Assembly: GCA_041674385.1 (NCBI GenBank)
Contig: JBAYVU010000015.1
Coordinates: forward strand, 681 to 64,680
DNA length: 64,000 nt
From: Sterolibacterium sp.
GTDB lineage: Bacteria > Pseudomonadota > Gammaproteobacteria > Burkholderiales > Rhodocyclaceae
Direction: 5' to 3'
Each line of letters opens with the position of its first letter. Positions within the stretch are counted from its first letter, which is position 1. Position numbers and translations under genes: made by a program. Below, piece after piece: positions 56,227-64,000 of this stretch. The notes beneath the pieces were generated by a model. That model saw nothing but the letters and a program-made list of their open reading frames with translations, had not been told where the DNA came from and made no database searches.

Positions 56227-57207
56227 TTGACTGCCAATTCATTGCTCAACACCCTCAACGCACTGATTGAGTCCGACATGCGCGCCGTCGATGCGGTGGT
56301 GCGGGCGCGCCTGCACTCGGACGTGGTGCTGGTGAGACAGGTGGCAGAGTACATCATTTCCGCCGGCGGCAAACGCCTGCGCCCGGCGCTGGTACTGCTG
56401 ACGGCCGGCGCACTGGGCTATCGCGGCACGCATCATCACGAACTTGCCGCGGTGATCGAGTTCATCCATACCGCGACCTTGCTGCACGACGACGTGGTCG
56501 ACGAATCGGAGCTGCGGCGCGGCTGCAAAACCGCCAATGCGCTGTTCGGCAACGCCGCCAGCGTTCTGGTGGGAGACTTCCTGTATTCGCGCGCCTTCCA
56601 GATGATGCTCACGGTCGATGACATGCGCGTGATGCGGATACTGGCCGATGCCACCAACGTGATTGCCGAGGGCGAAGTGCTGCAGTTGATGAACTGCCAC
56701 AATGCGGATATCGAGGTCGAAGATTATCTGCGGGTGATCCGCTTCAAGACGGCCAAGCTGTTCGAGGCGGCGGCTCGGCTCGGCGGCCTGCTTGGTGGTG
56801 CGTCGGCCGAAATCGAGAGCGACCTGGCGAGCTATGGCGTGCATCTGGGAACCGCTTTCCAGCTGATCGATGACGTGCTCGACTATTCCGGCGATGTGGA
56901 CGCCACCGGCAAGCATCTGGGTGACGATCTGGCCGAGGGGAAACCCACCTTGCCGCTGATTCATGTCATGCGGCACGGCAACGCCGGCCAGGCAAGCTGC
57001 GTCCGGAACGCCATCGAGCAAGGAGGCCGCGATGACTTCGCGGCAGTGCTCGCGGCGATCCATTCGACAGACGCGCTGGCAGTGACACGCCGCCAAGCCG
57101 AAACGGAAATCGACATGGCCATTGCTGCATTGCGTACGCTTCCTGCTTCGACTTATAAGGAATCTCTGCTGCAATTAGCGCGTTTTGCAATTGCGCGGGA
57201 CCATTGA
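56227..57207 (+). CDS. ispB: octaprenyl-diphosphate synthase
   Basis: DDxxD motifs LLHDDVVDES and FQLIDDVLD are present. A TTG start is inferred from the usual spacing to the N-terminal DM...GGKRLRP region. Confidence 0.9.
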   Translation: MTANSLLNTLNALIESDMRAVDAVVRARLHSDVVLVRQVAEYIISAGGKRLRPALVLLTAGALGYRGTHHHELAAVIEFIHTATLLHDDVVDESELRRGCKTANALFGNAASVLVGDFLYSRAFQMMLTVDDMRVMRILADATNVIAEGEVLQLMNCHNADIEVEDYLRVIRFKTAKLFEAAARLGGLLGGASAEIESDLASYGVHLGTAFQLIDDVLDYSGDVDATGKHLGDDLAEGKPTLPLIHVMRHGNAGQASCVRNAIEQGGRDDFAAVLAAIHSTDALAVTRRQAETEIDMAIAALRTLPASTYKESLLQLARFAIARDH

Positions 57208-57243
57208 GTTTGTAATAAAGCCCACGGTCGAAACTGCTGGCAT

Positions 57244-57267
57244 CGCCTCCCGTACGTGCGGGAGGCG
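57244..57267. terminator. 9-bp GC hairpin between convergent ispB and the antitoxin gene
   Basis: CGCCTCCCG-tacgtg-CGGGAGGCG. No U-tract is present. Confidence 0.35.
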
Positions 57268-57268
57268 G

Positions 57269-57634
57269 TTACGCGGCGGTTCGTGTCGCGTGTGATGTTC
57301 GGCGCGACTTCGCCTCGCTGCGGCGCGCGGGCTTGTCCTTCGCCAAGTGGTCGATCACCACGGGCGGACGATTCGGGAACTGCGCCACGAGTTCCAGTTT
57401 CCCGCCCATGCCCTCGACATAGCGCCGCAGGGTTGAGAGCAGCATGTCGCTGCGCTGTTCAAGGCGAGAAATCGTGTCCTGACCGACCCCCAACGCCGCC
57501 GCCAGGTCTTCCTGGGTTTGTTCGACGGCCTGGCGCAGGTCTTTCAGCGTGGCGAGTTCCTGCGCACGCTGTTCGATTTTGGCGCGTCGCTTCGCGGGCA
57601 GCGCCGCCATCACATCATCAAGTTTTCTTGCCAT
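57269..57634 (-). CDS. XRE-family HTH antitoxin
   Basis: HTH segment QEDLAAALGVGQDTISRLEQ is present. The gene overlaps the upstream toxin gene by 17 nt. Confidence 0.75.
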   Translation of the reverse strand: MARKLDDVMAALPAKRRAKIEQRAQELATLKDLRQAVEQTQEDLAAALGVGQDTISRLEQRSDMLLSTLRRYVEGMGGKLELVAQFPNRPPVVIDHLAKDKPARRSEAKSRRTSHATRTAA

Positions 57635-58007
57635 GTTTCCGCTCCTTCTTCTTGGCCGCTTCGAGCGAGGCCAGATGCTCGTTGAATCGCTCGTCGGCCA
57701 CGGCAATCAGCCGTTTGTAAAATCGCCGCTGGTCGGCGCCACCCTTGTCGCCGCCCACCAGCAGAATCGCCTGACGTTTCGGGTCGAAGGCGAAGGCAAC
57801 GCGCCAGATGCCGCTTTCCCAACCGAAACGCAGTTCCTTCATGTTGGCGTGCTTGGAACCCTTCAGCCCATCTACCGTGGGACGCCCCAGGTTGGGGCCG
57901 AACTCGCCGAGCAATCTCGCATGGGCAAGCAGTTCATCCTGCAAGCCCTCGTCAAGCGCCAGGAACTCGGCATCGAATGCGTCGTGGAAAAGCACCGTCC
58001 AACTCAT
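57618..58007 (-). CDS. RelE/ParE-superfamily toxin (HigB/Gp49-like; toxin encoded first)
   Basis: Segment GSKHANMKELRFGWESGIWRVAFAFDPKRQAILLVGGDK matches the pattern I recall for this toxin family. Confidence 0.7.
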   Translation of the reverse strand: MSWTVLFHDAFDAEFLALDEGLQDELLAHARLLGEFGPNLGRPTVDGLKGSKHANMKELRFGWESGIWRVAFAFDPKRQAILLVGGDKGGADQRRFYKRLIAVADERFNEHLASLEAAKKKERKHGKKT

Positions 58008-58324
58008 AGGCTAAATTATGTACTTAAAACCATATGTATTCAAGTCCATGCTACGCGGTGCCGACCGAGGGCGAAAAAAAGCCCACGACCGGAGCCACGG
58101 GCTGGGGTGCCGCTGTCGCGGCTGGCGGGGTTAAGCCGCCTTCTTCGAGGTTCCATTGCTGGCCCCTTTCCTGCTCGCCACGGCGGGATTCGCCTTGGCG
58201 TCATTTGCCGCCTTACCGGCCAAGCATTCATTGTCCCGGCCTTTTCGGCAGCGCCCACGCCGCCAGAAAACCCAGTGCTGGCGCGGGTTTCAAAAAAATT
58301 TGTCAGGCCAATTACCCCCTTGGA

Positions 58325-58657
58325 CTAGACATGAGCCGCCTCTTTCAGTACCTCGGCCGCCCATTGGTTAAGGCTTTTCCCGGCCGCTTTGGCCGCGATC
58401 AGCGCACCGGCATGGACTTCCTGCGGCACTCTTAGCATAAGCTTGCCGGAGACCGGCTTTTCAGGTGTCTTGCCCACCTTCTCGCAGGTCTCAAGATAAT
58501 CGTCGACGGCTTCCTCGAACGCAGCCCGCAGTGCCTTAACGTTGTCGGCGTGAAAACTCACGATGTCCTGGATGCCGAGGAGGCGCCCGACTAGGATATT
58601 GTCCCGCTCGTCGAACTCGACGCGGGCCGTGCAACCCTTGTAGATCATGGTATTCAT
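58325..58657 (-). CDS. hicB: HicB-family antitoxin
   Basis: N-terminal HicB fold (YKGCTARVEFDERDNILVG) plus a C-terminal RHH-like LMLRVPQEVHAGALIAAKAAGKSLNQW. Confidence 0.8.
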   Translation of the reverse strand: MNTMIYKGCTARVEFDERDNILVGRLLGIQDIVSFHADNVKALRAAFEEAVDDYLETCEKVGKTPEKPVSGKLMLRVPQEVHAGALIAAKAAGKSLNQWAAEVLKEAAHV

Positions 58658-58908
58658 GGCTTGACTCCGATCGATTCCAAAAACGCCCGCGCATCTTCGA
58701 CCTGGTAGGGCTTGGCTTCCTTGGTCGGATGCGGGCGATGAAACGTAGCAATGCGATCGCCGTAGGCGAAGCGCACCCGCGAACCCCGGCCCTCGATTAT
58801 CTGGCAGTTGATCGACTTGAATAGCGCCTCGATGCGCGCCCATTCAAGTTTCGCCGTCGTCGGCTTGATGAAGATCGCTTCGAGGGTTTTGCGGTGCTTG
58901 GCATTCAT
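58654..58908 (-). CDS. hicA: HicA-family mRNA interferase toxin
   Basis: Motifs MNAKHRKTLEAIF and EGRGSRVRF...FHRPHP are present. ATGA overlap with hicB. Confidence 0.8.
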   Translation of the reverse strand: MNAKHRKTLEAIFIKPTTAKLEWARIEALFKSINCQIIEGRGSRVRFAYGDRIATFHRPHPTKEAKPYQVEDARAFLESIGVKP

Positions 58909-58916
58909 GAAATACA

Positions 58917-58959
58917 TGATAGCAAATTTTGCCATCAGTGCAATCATTATTTGCTATCA
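58917..58959. promoter_or_regulatory. 11-bp perfect inverted repeat immediately upstream of hicA (candidate HicB operator)
   Basis: TGATAGCAAAT (58917-58927) pairs with ATTTGCTATCA (58949-58959), with a 21-nt spacer. Confidence 0.4.
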
Positions 58960-59116
58960 AAACAGTGGCGAACGCCAGCCGTCAATGCGCACCGTGCCGC
59001 GTTTTTCGCGGAGCCCCGATACGCGACGACCCGCTACCGGCACACCTGGGTGCATTCCCTCTCGTCGCGATGAACAGCAAACCACCCCCAATTTAATCGG
59101 AAACTATCGATTCAAA

Positions 59117-59134
59117 ATATGGGTAAACCCATAT
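59117..59134. promoter_or_regulatory. 18-bp palindrome upstream of the ABC exporter gene
   Basis: ATATGGGT-AA-ACCCATAT, about 110 nt upstream of the exporter start. Confidence 0.3.
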
Positions 59135-59244
59135 AGCTCATTTGCCCAACTGAATATAGAGTAAGCCATGCGCATTGGATCAAAAGTAATTGGTTCGGCA
59201 GGTTGGTTGATCGTAGGCAATATTGCCTCAGCATGAGGATGAAC

Positions 59245-61443
59245 ATGAAGAATATAAGGGACGGCCTCGGTCGCCCTCTGATTTCGGAAGAACTGTTATG
59301 GCTGCTGGGCAGCCTGAGTAGCTTGTATCGGCTGCCCTTCGACGGCACGCTGGTCGAAAGCCAATTTCCGCCGCCCCACGCGCGCGCCACATTCCATGAA
59401 GCTGCCCGCGTGCTCGGCTTCAAGACCGGGACACACCCATTGCCGTGCGAATCCTGGAGCGGGTTGCCTCTGCCCTGCATCGCCTTCCTCAAATCCGATA
59501 CTGTCACGACCGAACCGGACACGGCGACCAGTCCGATCGACCATCCACTACCCGTCCTGATCCTCAAGAGCGACGGCCACAAACTGCTGTACTTTCGCGC
59601 CGGCTCGCAGATGGCGGAAACCATCACCGCCGAAGAAGCCGCCGCGTGTTTCGAGCCAGACCTGATCCTGGTCGCCCGCGAGCAGGGCGAAAAGAACGCC
59701 GATGGTACTGAAGAAATCGCCGGTTTCCCCAGCGAGAAAACCGCCTTCGGCTTCAAATGGTTCATCGCCGAGCTCCTCAAGCACAAGAAGATATGGCGCG
59801 ACATCCTGCTCGCCTCATTCTCCATCCAGTTGGTCGGCCTCGCCACGCCGGTGTTCACCCAGATCATCATCGACAAGGTGGTGGTGCACCAGGCCCAGAG
59901 TACCTTGATCGTGCTCGGCCTGGGGCTGGTCATGTTCATGCTGTTCACCGCCGCCATGAGCTGGCTGCGCCAATACTTGGTGCTGCATACCGGCAACCGC
60001 ATCGACGCCGTATTGGGCGCCAAGGTCTTCCAGCACCTGTTGCGCCTGCCGCTGCCCTACTTCGAACAGCGCCCCACCGGCACCCTGGTGGCTCGGCTGC
60101 ATGGCGTCGAGACCATCCGCGAATTCGTCTCCGGCGCCGCCGTCACCCTGGCGCTCGACCTGCCCTTCCTGCTGATTTTCCTGGCCGTGATGTTCGCTTA
60201 CAGTTGGCAACTGTCGCTGATCGCCGTTGGCCTGCTGGCACTGATCAGCCTCATGAGCCTGCTCGTCGTGCCCCTGTTTCGCGAAAAGCTCAACCGGCAG
60301 TTCATGCTCGGCGCCCGCAACCAGTCTTTCCTCACTGAATACATCGCCGGCATGGCGACCGTCAAGTCCTTGCAGATGGAACCGCATATCGAACGGAAAT
60401 ACGGCGACTACCTCGCCAGCTATCTCGCCGCCGGCTTCGGCACCCGGCAGATCGGCAACACCTACAACGTCGTCGCTAACAGCATCGAGCAAGTGATGAC
60501 GCTCGCCATCCTGATCGTTGGCGCGCTGCTGGTCATGCAAAACGACGGTTTCACCATCGGCATGCTGGTGGCATTCCAGATGTTCGCCGGCCGCATGAGC
60601 CAGCCGATGCTGCGACTGGTCGGCCTGTGGCAGGAATTCCAGCAGGCCAACATCGCCGTCAAGCGCCTCGCCGATATCCTCGACGTTCCCAGCGAACCGC
60701 ACGCCCTCATCCCCAGCCGGGAAAGCGCAGGCAACGGGCACATCGAACGCATCGAACTCTGCGGCATTTCCTTCCGCTATTCCGAGCACCACCCCTGGCT
60801 CTACCGAAACCTCGACATGTGCTTCAAGCCCGGCCACCTGACGGTGTTGCTGGGTCCCTCTGGCTGCGGCAAGAGCACCCTCGCAAAACTCCTGCTTGGC
60901 TTCTACCAGCCGCAGGAAGGGCAGATCAACCTGGACGGCCGGGATATCCGCCACCTCGCCGCCAACGAATTGCGCCTGACCTTCGGCGTGGTGCCGCAGG
61001 ACACCATCCTGTTCTCCGGCACGCTCTACGACAACCTGGTCATGGCTCATCCGCACGCCGGCTTCGAGGACGTGATCGAGGCCTGCAAAGCCGCAGAAAT
61101 CCACGAAGTCATCGACAAGCTGCCGGAAGGCTATCGCACCGAGATCGGAGAGCGCGGCGTTGGGCTCTCGGGTGGGCAAATGCAGCGCATCGCGATTGCC
61201 CGGGCGCTGCTCAAGAAACCCAAGATCCTGATCTTCGACGAAGCGGTATCCAACCTCGACCAGCAAACGGCCGAACACTTCGCCAGGACTATCAACAAGC
61301 TCAAGGGACGGGTGACGATGCTCTTTATCACCCACCATATTCCAAGGGGCTTGCAGGTGGATGAAGTGTTTACATTGGGAACGCCGGAGCAGGGTGCGAA
61401 GAAGATGGAAGTGATTGAGGATGGCGAAGAGGAAACGAAATGA
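59245..61443 (+). CDS. type I secretion ABC exporter, HlyB-like, with an N-terminal C39-like domain
   Basis: An N-terminal extension of about 140 aa, a 6-TM domain, Walker A GPSGCGKST, LSGGQMQR and ILIFDEA. ATG at 59245 follows GAGGA. ATGs at 59233 and 59239 and a TTG at 59203 are alternatives. Confidence 0.85.
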   Translation: MKNIRDGLGRPLISEELLWLLGSLSSLYRLPFDGTLVESQFPPPHARATFHEAARVLGFKTGTHPLPCESWSGLPLPCIAFLKSDTVTTEPDTATSPIDHPLPVLILKSDGHKLLYFRAGSQMAETITAEEAAACFEPDLILVAREQGEKNADGTEEIAGFPSEKTAFGFKWFIAELLKHKKIWRDILLASFSIQLVGLATPVFTQIIIDKVVVHQAQSTLIVLGLGLVMFMLFTAAMSWLRQYLVLHTGNRIDAVLGAKVFQHLLRLPLPYFEQRPTGTLVARLHGVETIREFVSGAAVTLALDLPFLLIFLAVMFAYSWQLSLIAVGLLALISLMSLLVVPLFREKLNRQFMLGARNQSFLTEYIAGMATVKSLQMEPHIERKYGDYLASYLAAGFGTRQIGNTYNVVANSIEQVMTLAILIVGALLVMQNDGFTIGMLVAFQMFAGRMSQPMLRLVGLWQEFQQANIAVKRLADILDVPSEPHALIPSRESAGNGHIERIELCGISFRYSEHHPWLYRNLDMCFKPGHLTVLLGPSGCGKSTLAKLLLGFYQPQEGQINLDGRDIRHLAANELRLTFGVVPQDTILFSGTLYDNLVMAHPHAGFEDVIEACKAAEIHEVIDKLPEGYRTEIGERGVGLSGGQMQRIAIARALLKKPKILIFDEAVSNLDQQTAEHFARTINKLKGRVTMLFITHHIPRGLQVDEVFTLGTPEQGAKKMEVIEDGEEETK

Positions 61444-61491
61444 AGTTTTCGACAGAGGGAATGGCAATGAACACGAAAGGACGGTGACGGT

Positions 61492-62223
61492 ATGAGAATC
61501 AATCATGGCGTGTTGAGGCGGATTACTAAATTTGGAATATTTCTAATGATGGGGGTAAGCATGGGCGCAGATGCGGGATTGTTTGGACTTGGCGGCACAA
61601 GCTGGAAAGAAGAAGTGCTGCTGCATGACGGCAGCAAGATCATTGTGAAGCGCTCGCAAAGCTATGGTGGGCGACACGAGGTTGGGCAATCGTCGCCAAT
61701 TAAAGAGCACGAAATCTCCTTTACCGTACCCAACACCAATAAAACCATTACCTTCAAGAGCGAATACAGTGAAGACGTCGGACGTGCCAACTTTAACCTG
61801 CTTGCACTGCACATCCTCAACGGCACAGCTTACCTCGTAGTTGAGCCGAACTTGTGCTTGTCCTACAACAAATGGGGACGACCGAACCCACCTTACATCT
61901 TCCTCAAGCACGATGGCAAGACATGGCAGCGCATTCAGCTAACGGAACTCCCTGCCGAGTTCAGAATCATCAACCTGATTATCAACAATGGCCGCGAGGA
62001 AGACATTGAGAAACTTGCTCGCAAGTCAGGCCACGTTTCGGCCGAAGATATCAGGCAGATCAACAGCAGTCTCACTCAACCCGAATACAAAACCATCCTG
62101 CGGGATGCGGTAAAGCATGAAGGGCCAGAAGGTTGTCCAGCAATGGTTTTCTATAAGGGAGCATGGGTTGGCCCAGGTGATTCCATTGGCAAGCGAATGA
62201 TGGATCGCAAAAATGCCAAATAA
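61492..62223 (+). CDS. orphan secreted/periplasmic 243-aa protein, low GC
   Basis: Signal-peptide-like [15 protein letters not shown]. The composition looks realistic. I recognise no motif. It lies between the exporter and the lipase-RTX gene. Confidence 0.55.
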   Translation: MRINHGVLRRITKFGIFLMMGVSMGADAGLFGLGGTSWKEEVLLHDGSKIIVKRSQSYGGRHEVGQSSPIKEHEISFTVPNTNKTITFKSEYSEDVGRANFNLLALHILNGTAYLVVEPNLCLSYNKWGRPNPPYIFLKHDGKTWQRIQLTELPAEFRIINLIINNGREEDIEKLARKSGHVSAEDIRQINSSLTQPEYKTILRDAVKHEGPEGCPAMVFYKGAWVGPGDSIGKRMMDRKNAK

Positions 62224-62246
62224 AGCATTCAATCATAGGGAGAATA

Positions 62247-64000
62247 ATGATGGCTACACAATTTGAAATTGACTGCGCACTCATTGCGGGTGCATCGTAT
62301 ATCTCTACTCGGCCAGACATCAACAAATTCCCAATCCCAGCAGGTTGGGCAACTATTCCAAATTCCCATTTCGATGACAAATCCACAGGCTTTGAAGCTG
62401 TCGCATTTCAAAAAGGCACCGACATCGTCATCTCCTATGCCGGCACGTATGACGACGGCAGTAGCGTGTTGACCAACCCGAACAAACAAGCGGATGCGGC
62501 GCTGGGAACGGGATTATGGTCAGACCAATTGGGACAGGCCGCAGCCTACTACCTTGAGATCAAGGCATTCAATCCGGGGGCAACCATCAGTTTCACCGGC
62601 CACTCATTGGGCGGCGGCTTGGCCTCCCTGATGTCGGTATTCTTTGGTGAAACCGCCTTGACCTTCGACCAAGCACCATTTAAGGCGGCTCTGGCCCAAG
62701 CGCAAAACCTCAAGAGTTACTTGCTGACCCGAGAAGCGGGAACCATCGATGCCACCACCCTGAATAACCTGCTTGCACCGCTGGATCGATACATCACAGC
62801 AGCAGATCCAAACAATCTCACGCCGATTGTGGCCGACACACTGGCGGTGCGGCAGACCAAGGTATCGGATGTCAATGTGCAAGGCGAACTATTATCCACG
62901 CTGCCCTGGAGCCTGCTCGGCAGAATCGGCACACCGGGCAATACGAGCGACATACTCAACAGCGCAAGCGGCGTATCCGCTGGCGACCTTCACGCCCAAG
63001 CGCTGCTCACCGCCTTCCTACAGAGCCAGCAGACAGCGACAGCCGGAAAAGCCCTGAACGATGTCACCTACAAGCTGCCCGATCTGCTGAAAATGATTTT
63101 CGACAAGAACTTGTATTCTTTTGATACCGACAAGGGAAATGAAAACTTCCTCGAACGCCTGGTTAAGCACCAATCCGGCAATGCTACTGGCGTAGTTAAC
63201 AGCGACGCCATGATCACCCGCTTCACCCACGACCTGTGGAAACTCGCGCAAGACGGCGGCCTGACCCTGAACGACGGCAACGGCCTGCCGAACACCTACA
63301 GCAACTGGAACAACATCAGCAAAGCGCTGACCGCCTTTGCCATGCAGATGTACTACGAAGATACCGCCAACGCCACGAATGCAAGCATGGAACTCTTTAC
63401 CCCAGTAACCGGCGGTGTCCAATTCGACATGGCCGACGTATCCAAGACCTTCGCCACCGCTTTTCAAAACAACCAAAGACTCAACCTCGACGATGCCAAA
63501 GGCTACAAGGAATACTTCGCCGCCTATCTGAGCGGCAACCCGCATGCCTTCTTCACCACCGAAGAAAGCAGCCTGATCACCTCGCTCCTGCCCACCCTGC
63601 GCGACTGGGTCGTGCAAGCCGGCGCCAATGGCCTGACCGCCACAGACGCCAACAACCGGGGCACCTTCATGCTGGGCGGCAACGGCGCGGATAACCTGAC
63701 TGGCGGAACCGCCAACGACCTCCTGGTTGGCAATGTCGGCGACGACAACCTCAACGGCGGAGAAGGCGCCGATACGCTGCTGGGAGATGATGGCAATGAC
63801 GCTCTCATTGGCGGTGGTGGCGCCGACAAACTCAATGGTGGCTCTGGCAACGACATCCTCGACGGCCGTGACAACGTCGGCGGCGACATCCTCGAAGGCG
63901 GCACCGGTTTTGATACCTACTACGCCGACAACGGCGACACCATCCGCGATGCCGACGGCCAAGGCAAGATCTACCTCAACGGCAAACGCCTGACCTTCGC
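62247..64000 (+). CDS. class-3-lipase-like alpha/beta hydrolase fused to RTX Ca-binding repeats; 3' end beyond window
   Basis: Hand translation from ATGATG at 62247 (GGGAGA 4 nt upstream) gives 584 codons without a stop. GHSLGGG lies at 62598-62618. Repeats from about 63675: [56 protein letters not shown]. The ORF is not in the supplied track, probably because it has no stop in the window. Confidence 0.85.
   Translation, partial: MMATQFEIDCALIAGASYISTRPDINKFPIPAGWATIPNSHFDDKSTGFEAVAFQKGTDIVISYAGTYDDGSSVLTNPNKQADAALGTGLWSDQLGQAAAYYLEIKAFNPGATISFTGHSLGGGLASLMSVFFGETALTFDQAPFKAALAQAQNLKSYLLTREAGTIDATTLNNLLAPLDRYITAADPNNLTPIVADTLAVRQTKVSDVNVQGELLSTLPWSLLGRIGTPGNTSDILNSASGVSAGDLHAQALLTAFLQSQQTATAGKALNDVTYKLPDLLKMIFDKNLYSFDTDKGNENFLERLVKHQSGNATGVVNSDAMITRFTHDLWKLAQDGGLTLNDGNGLPNTYSNWNNISKALTAFAMQMYYEDTANATNASMELFTPVTGGVQFDMADVSKTFATAFQNNQRLNLDDAKGYKEYFAAYLSGNPHAFFTTEESSLITSLLPTLRDWVVQAGANGLTATDANNRGTFMLGGNGADNLTGGTANDLLVGNVGDDNLNGGEGADTLLGDDGNDALIGGGGADKLNGGSGNDILDGRDNVGGDILEGGTGFDTYYADNGDTIRDADGQGKIYLNGKRLTF

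Noticed and set aside
58156-58371. Small hydrophobic ORF (LLAPFLLATAGFALASFAAL...) between the two TA modules, considered as a type I toxin
   Set aside because: It would use a TTG start with no SD. It lies in GC-rich DNA where such ORFs arise by chance, and no antisense RNA signal is visible.
59815-61506. 563-aa minus-strand ORF
   Set aside because: It is antisense to the ABC exporter, which has Walker A/B and signature motifs on the plus strand.
63018-63962. 314-aa minus-strand ORF, plus the short plus-strand ORFs listed for 62263-63993
   Set aside because: These are shadows of the open-ended lipase-RTX ORF. The Gly/Asp repeat DNA stays open on the opposite strand, and the plus-frame-3 reading has real motifs.

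Overview
GC-rich chromosomal segment with betaproteobacterium-like gene content and order, judged by eye only; no database search was possible. Most of it is housekeeping. On the minus strand there is a PHA cluster (phaC-phaB-phaB-phaR). A sulfate-assimilation regulon follows: cysB, divergent from cysI-DUF934-cysH-cysD-cysN, with convergent cysK. Next come an ECF-type Ni/Co transporter (cbiM/PDGLE fusion, cbiQ, cbiO) with a TauE-like exporter, then rpsT and argD-argF-argG. After these are ppnP, yajQ, a Nudix CoA pyrophosphatase, a thiolase, nadE-glnB, trxB, a Crp-family regulator and ftsK-lolA. The complete ccmABCDEFGHI operon follows, then proB-obg-rpmA-rplU divergent from ispB. Two tRNAs are present: Leu-UAA and Ala-CGC. 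Visibly more AT-rich, accessory-looking insertions interrupt this backbone. These are a ParA-like gene frameshifted in its Walker A codons, and an orphan 587-aa TPR-like protein with a C-terminal hydrophobic anchor (26.3-28.0 kb). There is also a glycosyltransferase / nested-palindrome element / TonB-dependent receptor / frameshifted trypsin-like protease block that ends at tRNA-Ala. The last is an island from 57.2 kb to the window end. That island carries two type II TA pairs (RelE-like/XRE and HicAB). It also carries a HlyB-type ABC exporter, a low-GC orphan with a signal peptide, and a long ORF that runs off the window and is absent from the supplied ORF track. I translated that ORF by hand: it is a class-3-lipase-like hydrolase (GHSLGGG) fused to RTX GGxGxD repeats. 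The exporter/orphan/lipase-RTX cassette has no membrane-fusion or outer-membrane gene in the sequence visible here (the downstream side is cut off by the window end). It is my best candidate for something not yet described, but its function is inference only. Many long ORFs in the track are antisense or alternate-frame shadows of real genes and were rejected. No CRISPR array, rRNA, transposase or integrase was seen.
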